A program made the translations under genes and the position numbers. A DNA stretch of 64,000 nt from Dehalococcoidia bacterium. GTDB lineage: Bacteria > Chloroflexota > Dehalococcoidia > Lucifugimonadales > CAUZJF01. The DNA is taken from NCBI GenBank assembly GCA_965237635.1, contig CBDEFX010000002.1, positions 729,829 to 793,828 of the forward strand, written 5' to 3'. Below are positions 53,793 through 61,069 of this stretch, piece by piece. Position 1 is the stretch's first letter. Each line of letters begins with the position of its first letter. The notes beneath the pieces are model-generated. The model was not told the DNA's origin. It made no database searches and saw nothing but the letters and a program-made list of their open reading frames with translations.

Positions 53793-55369
53793 GGACTCCG
53801 TTCTGCAATCGACACAACATCCTCAGTCGGGATGGCCAGGGTCAGGTTGACTTTGTTGTGTCGGTCGATGGTCGCCCCGTCCAGAAGGAGCTCAAGCACC
53901 TCTCTGCGTCCCTCGTCCGACAGGCTATCCAGCCTGTCTCCGGCCCGCCGAGTCCATTCGACGATGTGCTCGACCAACGCCCGCTTCTCCAGCTGCGCCG
54001 ATTCCCGGGCGCGGTGGTCGTCCAGCACCTTCCGCAGAGTCTCCAACCGCTCGGTGATGAACTTGCGCTGGTGGTCAAGCTGCTTCTCGGTGATCTTTCC
54101 CGACACGAAGAGCCTGATGGCCCGGTCCTCCTCCATCTGGACCTTTTGCAGGTCCCGCTCCGCTTTGGCTGTCTCGTCGGCCAATCCGCCGCCGTCCGCC
54201 TGGCAGTCCATGGCCTCGATGCTGGCGACGATCAGGCCAGGGTTCTCCAGCAACCTCTTGACCTCGCCCCAGACCACTTTTTCAAGCTGTTCCGCCCTGA
54301 TATGCGAGTGCTCCCGGCATTTCACGCCCTCGTTCAGCATCCCGTAGCAGTTGTAGTAGCGTCGGGGAGTGTCCAGATCGTAGATATAGTCCTTGCCTTT
54401 TCGCCTGGAGGTCTGGCGTCTGTTGGCCCGGCAGCCCATGAGATACCCGCACTCGGCGCACCTGACCAGATGCTGCAAGAGATAGAAGAGCTTGGTGTTG
54501 CGGCCCGAACGGGTCAGCCGCTGTTTCTTGGCCTCCTGCGCCTGCTCCCATATCTCATCGTCCACCACCGGCGGGAAGGGAACCCCGACCCACTCGTCCT
54601 CGGGCCGGTCGTATCTCCTCGTCCCGTGCTCGGTGGCGACGTGTCGGCGCTTGCCAAACCACCAGGTGCCCCTGTAAGCCTCGTGCCTCAAGATGCGAGT
54701 GACGGTGCCGTCGTACCACTTTCCGACGGCCCTGGGCGTGGGTACGCCCTCGGCGGTCAGCAGCTTGGCGATGACCCGAGCCCCCATCCCCTTACGGACG
54801 TACATGCGGAAGACGCGGCGGATGACCTCGGCCTCGGTTTCCTCAACCACCGGCCTGCGGCCCTCTCCGAGTCTGTACCCGTAGGGGACGTTGTTGACGG
54901 GGATGCGGCCCTGCTTGGCCGCGCCGCGCTTGCCTATCGAGGCCCTCTCCCTGAAGTTGTCCAGCTCGATCTTGCCGATGGCCGCCATCAGGCCGAAGGT
55001 CTTCATGTCGATGGCGTCCAAGACGGCTTCGAGATCAATCTGGTACGCCTCGATGACCTCCATGAGGGCGGCTGCGGGGTACATGCCCCGGCTGAGGCGG
55101 TCTGATTTCCAGCAGACTATGGTGTCGAAGCGTCCCCGTTTGGCGTCGGCCAGCATCCTCTGGAACTCGGGGCGATTCTTCGACCATCCCCTGCCCACCT
55201 CCTGGTAGCGGGCCGTGATGGTCAGCCCCCGGCGCTCGCAGTGCGCCTCCATGTCGGAAATCTGCTCCGATATGGAGGTCTTCTCCTCCGTGTCCTGGCT
55301 CTTGTCCGAGACGCGGGCGTAGATGGCCGCCCGTTTCGTTCCCGTCTTCCTATCGGTTCTCATCGCCAT
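53690..55369 (-). CDS. large serine recombinase (559 aa); C-terminus reads across the att junction into IS256
   Basis: YARVS, DRLSR, PYGY, CAECG..YYNC Zn ribbon, coiled-coil; GAGGAGG before ATG 55369. Confidence 0.93.
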   Translation of the reverse strand: MAMRTDRKTGTKRAAIYARVSDKSQDTEEKTSISEQISDMEAHCERRGLTITARYQEVGRGWSKNRPEFQRMLADAKRGRFDTIVCWKSDRLSRGMYPAAALMEVIEAYQIDLEAVLDAIDMKTFGLMAAIGKIELDNFRERASIGKRGAAKQGRIPVNNVPYGYRLGEGRRPVVEETEAEVIRRVFRMYVRKGMGARVIAKLLTAEGVPTPRAVGKWYDGTVTRILRHEAYRGTWWFGKRRHVATEHGTRRYDRPEDEWVGVPFPPVVDDEIWEQAQEAKKQRLTRSGRNTKLFYLLQHLVRCAECGYLMGCRANRRQTSRRKGKDYIYDLDTPRRYYNCYGMLNEGVKCREHSHIRAEQLEKVVWGEVKRLLENPGLIVASIEAMDCQADGGGLADETAKAERDLQKVQMEEDRAIRLFVSGKITEKQLDHQRKFITERLETLRKVLDDHRARESAQLEKRALVEHIVEWTRRAGDRLDSLSDEGRREVLELLLDGATIDRHNKVNLTLAIPTEDVVSIAERSPTSSINSGAFRRLKRCSATINIFQITAIARSTLL

Positions 55370-55394
55370 GATTTCCTCCTCTCGAATCCCTTGA

Positions 55395-55432
55395 AAATAA
55401 AAAAAGACCCGCCTCCTGTCGGGAGCGGGTCT
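55395..55432 (-). terminator. intrinsic terminator directly upstream of the recombinase RBS
   Basis: AGACCCGCTCC..GGAGGCGGGTCT followed by TTTTTTATTTT. Confidence 0.8.
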
Positions 55433-55552
55433 GCGAGTAGTACAATTACTTCGCATCACCTGCTCCAACAGGTGACGCCATGACCCGGGATGTTGATAGC
55501 ATCGCCGGGCCAACTTTCTACCCGCCATTTTACCGCGCTGAACAGGGTGGCG

Positions 55553-56734
55553 TCAAAGAGCGTCTGCGCGCTGCTCCATCGCCTGCCTCGCCCGGTCAAG
55601 CTCCGCCGCCAGGACCGTTTCGTCGGGCAGGGCGATCCGGTACTCCGCAGCCATCACGTTGTTCGACAGCCCCTCAAGGGCGTACCGGGCGAGGGCCTCG
55701 TCCTTCTCGGAGCAGAGGATCAGGCCGACGGGCGGGTTCTTGCCCTCTCGCGCCCAGTGCTCCCGCGCATAGTTCAGGTAGAAGTGCATCTGCCCGGCGT
55801 CGGCATGGGTGAACGCCCCGATCTTCAGGTCGATGACCACGAGGCATCTCAGGCTCCGGTGGTAGAACAGCAGGTCCACCCGGTACCACCGGCCGCCGAC
55901 GCGCAGACGCCTCTGCCTGCCCATGAAGCAGAAGTCGTCGCCAAGCTCCAAGAGGAAGGTCTCCAAGTGTCGGACGAGGGCCTCTTCGAGGTCGCTCTCT
56001 GAGTACTCGTCCCTGAGATCGAGGGACTCCAGGACGAAGGGGTCCTTGATCTGTTCGCCGGGAAGCGCGATGTCGTCGGGACGCTCCCTCCGTTCGCTCC
56101 TCAGCATGGCGGCCCTGTTCTTCGACAGGGCCGTGCGCTCGTAGAACTGGGAGCCTATCTGCCGGTCGAGCTGGCGGACCGACCATCCGCCTCTCAGCGC
56201 CTCTGTCTCGTAGAACTCGCGGGCGCTCTCGTTCCTGACCGACAGCAGCCGCACGTAGGCGGACCAGGGCAGCGGGAAGGCCGCGAGAAGGTCGTCGAAG
56301 CCCACCTCGACGGATGGGGGATTGAATTCTCCAGACGCCGTCTGGAGAATCTGCTGTCGTGGGGGTAGAGCCAATTTTCCAGACAGTGTCCGGAGAATCC
56401 GGTCGGGCTGATATGAGAGGTAGAACAGGCGCATGTTGTAGATGTTCTGAAGGGAGAAACCGCGTCCGAACCGCGCGGTCAGGTCCTCGGCCAGCCTCTC
56501 GACCAGCGCGGCCCCGTACTCGGCCCGCTCCTCTCGCGACTGTTCGAACTCGACGATGCGGCGTCCGGTGAGCCAGTAGGCGGCGGTCATGGCGGCGTTC
56601 ACCGAGCGGGCGGCCGAGTCCCTGGCCGCGTCGATGATCTTCGACACGTCTCCGAAGACAGCTCGGTACGGAGCGTCCAGCCCGCCGGTCGTCGCTGTCT
56701 TCCTCACGGCTCGCTGCTCCGGTTTCTCCGGCAT
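55553..56734 (-). CDS. YhcG/DUF1016 PD-(D/E)XK nuclease-family protein
   Basis: YWLTGRRI, RAEYG, GRGFS, LPWSAY, KDPFVLE, DLLFYH, VIDLK, GQMHFYL. Confidence 0.9.
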   Translation of the reverse strand: MPEKPEQRAVRKTATTGGLDAPYRAVFGDVSKIIDAARDSAARSVNAAMTAAYWLTGRRIVEFEQSREERAEYGAALVERLAEDLTARFGRGFSLQNIYNMRLFYLSYQPDRILRTLSGKLALPPRQQILQTASGEFNPPSVEVGFDDLLAAFPLPWSAYVRLLSVRNESAREFYETEALRGGWSVRQLDRQIGSQFYERTALSKNRAAMLRSERRERPDDIALPGEQIKDPFVLESLDLRDEYSESDLEEALVRHLETFLLELGDDFCFMGRQRRLRVGGRWYRVDLLFYHRSLRCLVVIDLKIGAFTHADAGQMHFYLNYAREHWAREGKNPPVGLILCSEKDEALARYALEGLSNNVMAAEYRIALPDETVLAAELDRARQAMEQRADAL

Positions 56735-57339
56735 ATCGCCCACCTGTTGACGGCCCTGCTCAGACTCCACAGTGTCCCTCGCACTCGTTGCCGAACCCGT
56801 CCCGTTGCCCATCGGCTCCCAACTCCGCCTCGTCGTGCGCGACCGCCTGGGCCAGGGGCATTCGTAGCGAGTGCAGGTACGGCGTCTTGTCCAGGGCCAG
56901 CCCGTCCCGCAGTCTGGCGTCGATCTCCACCGCCTCGGCGAACAGCTCCGGCCACCGTCGCTTCGTCTCGACCCAACGCTTGCGGGACTGGAAGGGACAT
57001 GCGACGCAGGCCGAGCGTTCCAGGGGCCTGTCGTAGCGGGCGGCCCACTAGTCGGCGCAGTCCTTGCGGGACATGCCCGCCTCGATGAGCGGGTAGCGGT
57101 TGGTTATCCAGCTGTTGCGGGAGGTCCTCATGCGGATGGCCTCGTCGGTGGAGATGCCGAGCCAAAGCTCGACGGTGGTTCCGTTGGGGACTCGCTGCCT
57201 GGGCTTGAGTCCCAGCAGCTCGCGTATTCTGCGGCGTATGGGCCTGATCTTGTAGTTGTCGGTGCACTGGCGCCTGCCGATGCCGTCTCCCTCTCCGGCG
57301 TGTCCCTTCAGGTAGACGGGTATGATGCTCCTATACATG

Positions 57340-58416
57340 TCAAGCCGCCCGTCGGACTATCTCCACAGAGTTTTGCAGGACCGAGAAGACTTCGCGAGCG
57401 ACATAGCGTTTGAGGCAGCGGATCACTTCACTCTTGCTCATCCCCTCCATGGTGCGGCGTCGCATGTATGCTCTAGTCCGGTGATCATGGCGAAGCCTGA
57501 CGAGAACGATGCGATAGAGAGCCGCATTGGCCTGACGGTCACCACCGCGATTGAGCCGGTGGCGGTTGGTCTTGCCGGAGGAGGCGGGTATGGGGTTTAC
57601 CCCGCACAATGAGGCGAAGGCAGCCTCTGAGTGGAGACGTTCAGGGTTACTCCCGGCAGCGATCAGGAGGTTGGCCGCCGAGTCGGGTCCTATGCCGAAG
57701 ACACTGACCAGGGCTGGCGCTACCTTCCGGATGAGTCGATCGAGCTCGGCCTCCAGGTCGTGGACCTCCTTACCGAGTTGGAGGTAGCGACAGGCGAGAG
57801 AGCGAAGCGTGTACCTGGCTGCCGCGTTGGGACCGTCTAGGTGACCGGGACGGAAGCTCTTGCAGCGCGCCATGAGGGCACCGGCGGCGAGACCATCAAG
57901 GGTTTCGCGAAGCTCGGGCGGTGCCGTGACGATCAGCGCCTTCATCTGGTTGAAGGCTTGAGTACGAGCCTTGACAGCCGAGTCCTTGGTACTCTTGAGC
58001 ATGCGGATCATCTCGACTTCGCCCTCGCCTGACTTGGGAGTGGCGTCGGCCACTCCACTAAGCACCGCACGCGCCGCCATCTCAGCATCGGTGGGGTCGC
58101 TCTTGCCCTTTCGATGGCGGGTCGACCGGTCAGGACGATTGACCTCGACGACGGCGTAGCCTCGACCGATCAGGAAGCGGGCGACTCCGGCCCCATAGGA
58201 ACCCGTGCCCTCAATCCCGAAAGCTCGAATCTCTCCCAGTCCCCGTGACCATCGCTCGAGCTCCCCATACCCGAACATGGTTGCCGGCATGTGCCGCTCG
58301 CCGAGGCGGACGCCCTGCCGGTCAATGGCTACTGCAACATGCCTGTCTTGGTGGGTGTCGACTCCGATGATGACCTGAACGGCACGACTACCTTCGTGAC
58401 CTACGACTCCTGTCAT
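57340..58416 (-). CDS. IS110-family DEDD recombinase (358 aa)
   Basis: GVDTH, IEGTGSYG, KSDPTDA, GIG, PIPASSG (catalytic Ser), RLNRGGDRQAN; GGAGG before ATG. Confidence 0.95.
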   Translation of the reverse strand: MTGVVGHEGSRAVQVIIGVDTHQDRHVAVAIDRQGVRLGERHMPATMFGYGELERWSRGLGEIRAFGIEGTGSYGAGVARFLIGRGYAVVEVNRPDRSTRHRKGKSDPTDAEMAARAVLSGVADATPKSGEGEVEMIRMLKSTKDSAVKARTQAFNQMKALIVTAPPELRETLDGLAAGALMARCKSFRPGHLDGPNAAARYTLRSLACRYLQLGKEVHDLEAELDRLIRKVAPALVSVFGIGPDSAANLLIAAGSNPERLHSEAAFASLCGVNPIPASSGKTNRHRLNRGGDRQANAALYRIVLVRLRHDHRTRAYMRRRTMEGMSKSEVIRCLKRYVAREVFSVLQNSVEIVRRAA

Positions 58417-58429
58417 TTCCACCTCCTGC

Positions 58430-58621
58430 TGGAAGATGGCCGCCGGCCGGGTGAGCGGACAAGACTGCGATGGGGCGTGAGGCCAAGCTCCTATAAGGTC
58501 ACAGCTCGACGAGGCCGTCGGCACCGCATGGGAGGGCCACCCAGATCGAGTCGACAGATCATACCGAAGGCATCTCAGCCATCCACGTAGAGGGTCAGAC
58601 CCGAGCCGGGATAGCCCGGAT
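58430..58621 (-). ncRNA. IS110 bridge RNA (boundaries approximate)
   Basis: Two internal loops; guides CTACGTGGA/GGTATG match the target flanks and TATAGGAGC/CATCGCAG match the element ends. Confidence 0.88.
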
Positions 58622-58904
58622 ACATCATCGCAGTCCACGTAGTTTCGGGAGCCTGAGTGGTTGGTGAGGGCCTTCACGTCCTCGCGGAGGCTGCGCCCGT
58701 TGTCCACGACGTACGTGGGGAAGGTGAGATGGCTGGACAGCCATTCCAGGTGCTCGTAGACGCTGGGAGGCTCCCAGCGGGTGTCGGCGAAGATGGCGCA
58801 GTCCGGGATGCGGTCGAAGCCGCCCGCGCTCGCCATGAGGGCCATGACGGAGGACTGGACGCCCCCGCCCAGGCTGAGGACGGTGAGGGTTGGGGAGAAG
58901 GCCA

Positions 58905-59120
58905 TCAGCGCTCCTCCTCTCTGCCGTCCGGCTGCGGGTCCGTCTCTGGGCGAGGAGGGTCGTCCTGGGCCAGCTCGACCAGGATGGTGAAGAGGCGGCG
59001 CAGCCGCGCCTGGGCATCGGGAGCGGGCTTGACGTCGATGCCGACGACCCTCAGCTCCGGCTCGTCCCTGGCTGTCCTCCGCCGTCTATTCGGTTGGTTC
59101 TTTCCGGTGGCGTCTTCCAT
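58905..59120 (-). CDS. hypothetical protein (71 aa)
   Basis: TGATG coupling to the PAPS-reductase-like gene. Confidence 0.55.
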   Translation of the reverse strand: MEDATGKNQPNRRRRTARDEPELRVVGIDVKPAPDAQARLRRLFTILVELAQDDPPRPETDPQPDGREEER

Positions 59121-59283
59121 GTTGCGTGGTCGCAGCGGCGTCTCTGTGGGCCGCCGGCCTCTCGTTGCAGGTTGTGCGGCCGGGCCGCCGGCGCCGACGG
59201 AAGGGCCGAGCGCCTGCGGCCTCCATGCCGGTTCAGGCCCCGCCGTGCCGCCGATGCGCCGTGCGCCCGGCGGGGCCTTTGGT

Positions 59284-59610
59284 CTAGCTACCCTCCCTGA
59301 AGAAGGTCATCTGGAAGCCCTCGCCCAGGAGGATCTCGAGACCTCCGGGTATCCCGGAGGCGAAGCGGGCTATGGAGAGCATGGCTCCCCCGCAGGGCTC
59401 GACGCCCTTCCTGCGCCATATTCGCAGCTGCTTGGGGTACACGCCGAGGGCCTTGGCGAAGCCGCGCCATGAGAGGCCGCTGGCCTCCTTCACGCGTTCG
59501 AGGCGCTGGCCGAAGTCCTCCGGCAGGACGCCGCTCTCGAGGGGCTGGGTCCCGTCCGCTCCGTCGTTGTCAAGCCCGTCGAAACGGGTCGAGTCGTCAG
59601 TGTTGTTCAT
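59284..59610 (-). CDS. XRE-family HTH protein
   Basis: FGQRLERVKEASGLSWRGFAKALGV....L..WR..G.EP. Confidence 0.75.
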   Translation of the reverse strand: MNNTDDSTRFDGLDNDGADGTQPLESGVLPEDFGQRLERVKEASGLSWRGFAKALGVYPKQLRIWRRKGVEPCGGAMLSIARFASGIPGGLEILLGEGFQMTFFREGS

Positions 59611-61069
59611 CTCTCTCCTCCAATCTGAATAGGTCTTGGAACTCGGTTGCTTCCAGGGCCTTGAGCATCCGGCGGCGGATGCGACCGGAGGGCGAGCGCC
59701 CCTTGTTGACCAGCATCGACACGTAGCCGGGGCTGACCCCGATCTCCCTGGCGAGCCAGTTCTGGGAGCGGTTCAGCAGAGCCAGACGCTTCCAGACGGC
59801 CGCCGTGTCGAGCCGGACGACGATCCGTCCTCTGCGCCTCCGGGGGCCTTTCCGCTTGTGGGTGTGTTGTGAAGGCATGAGTCTTCGTCCCTCGTCGCTC
59901 ATGGGGGCGGCAGGGTCTGGGGCGACTCCTACTCGGCCGGGGGTGCGCCAGGCGTGTCCCATCGGCCCCAGGGCGTCTACGGCCTCTCGGTGGGAGACCC
60001 ACAGGGGCACGTTGACTCTCGATTCGTGGGTCTCCTCCCGCGCCACGCGCAGCGCCAGCCTCCGGTCGGTGAGGGCCAGCCGTTCTCCCGCGTCGCGGGG
60101 CCGGGCCGCGAGGCCGAAGCCTTCGAGGGGGATGACGCCGTGGGAGACCCTCTGGGTCGAGACGCCCATCAGCCCGGCCAGCTCCTTGAGGGCGATCCAG
60201 GGCCAGTCGGAGATGAGGTCGAGGGCGCGCTTCTCTATGGGCTTGAGAAGGACCGGCAGCATGTGGTCGGGGATGTCCCACCCCGGACCCTCGACGGCGA
60301 AGTCGGCGGGCGGGTCGGCGCGCTGCGGTTCCGGCTCTATTGGAAGTTGTCCGCCCGGCCCCACCCGGTCGAGGGCGTAGCGCAGGTCGATCTCGGCGCC
60401 GACCTTCGGCGGACTCCATATCCGGTCTCCCGCCCCCGTCAGGACCGCAAGGCGTTCCACGGCGAACAGGGCCGGAACGTCGGTGGTGGAGAGCAGCCTT
60501 CGGGCGTGCCTGAGCCTCACCTCGTCGGCCATGAGGACCAGCACCGTTCCGGGCATAGGCCAGTCGCGCAGCCCCCAGAGCCGCCGGGAGAAGCCCGACC
60601 TGTCGGCGGTCAGTCCCTGCCGGACGATGCCGACGGTCCTCCCGTCGGGCAGCGTCATGGCGGCGTCGAGGGGGATGGAGCGGTACCAGCGGAACCGGAT
60701 GGGGAATGCCAGGCTGGAGACGGTGGAGGCGACGCCGTAGACGGAGGCCACGGCGTCGAGGCGCTCCATCAGGCTGCGCCGCCACTGGGCGGAGACGGGA
60801 CGGTGGCGCACCAGCTCGTCGAGAGACGTTTCTTCTTCCTCTGCGAGCCTGCGCAGCCCTGCGGCGGTGAGGTGTAACCTCCGGGAGGAGGGAAGCAGCT
60901 CCGTCCCGTGGGGCACGGAGGCGCAGAACCCCCCGGACTCCAGCTTTTCGACGGCCTCGTAGACCGCGCCCCTGGACCAGCCGCAGACGGCGACCATCTC
61001 CAGCCGGTCGAGGAAGGGCATCCGCGACAGGGCGCGGAGCAGGTCGGCCTCGCATCCTTCGGGCTTCAT
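59597..61069 (-). CDS. replication-relaxation-like protein running in frame into a Cro/CI HTH (own ATG at 59878)
   Basis: Two wHTH-like segments; C-terminal SQNWLAREIGVSPGYVSMLVNKGRSP; position next to VirD4. Confidence 0.55.
   Translation of the reverse strand: MKPEGCEADLLRALSRMPFLDRLEMVAVCGWSRGAVYEAVEKLESGGFCASVPHGTELLPSSRRLHLTAAGLRRLAEEEETSLDELVRHRPVSAQWRRSLMERLDAVASVYGVASTVSSLAFPIRFRWYRSIPLDAAMTLPDGRTVGIVRQGLTADRSGFSRRLWGLRDWPMPGTVLVLMADEVRLRHARRLLSTTDVPALFAVERLAVLTGAGDRIWSPPKVGAEIDLRYALDRVGPGGQLPIEPEPQRADPPADFAVEGPGWDIPDHMLPVLLKPIEKRALDLISDWPWIALKELAGLMGVSTQRVSHGVIPLEGFGLAARPRDAGERLALTDRRLALRVAREETHESRVNVPLWVSHREAVDALGPMGHAWRTPGRVGVAPDPAAPMSDEGRRLMPSQHTHKRKGPRRRRGRIVVRLDTAAVWKRLALLNRSQNWLAREIGVSPGYVSMLVNKGRSPSGRIRRRMLKALEATEFQDLFRLEERDEQH

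Larger units (their letters stand above)
57324..58632 (-). mobile_element. IS110-family element (1309 bp; no TIR or TSD)
   Basis: Removing it restores host frame NYVD|IPVYLKG. Confidence 0.93.
56760..58905 (-). pseudogene. PAPS-reductase-like (adenine nucleotide alpha-hydrolase) protein split by IS110, with nonsense at 57048
   Basis: VLSLGGGVQS PP-loop, FADT..E, RQCT..YK, GIS.DE, RYPL, RSACVACPF, C-terminal ECEGHC. Confidence 0.8.

Noticed and set aside
52614-54347. 577-aa extended IS256 transposase as a new fusion protein
   Set aside because: The extension is antisense read-through of the recombinase after loss of the native stop
57340-58905. 521-aa PAPS-reductase/IS110 fusion
   Set aside because: The frame happens to stay open through the bridge RNA; the recombinase has its own RBS and ATG at 58416 and the host gene resumes past the IS
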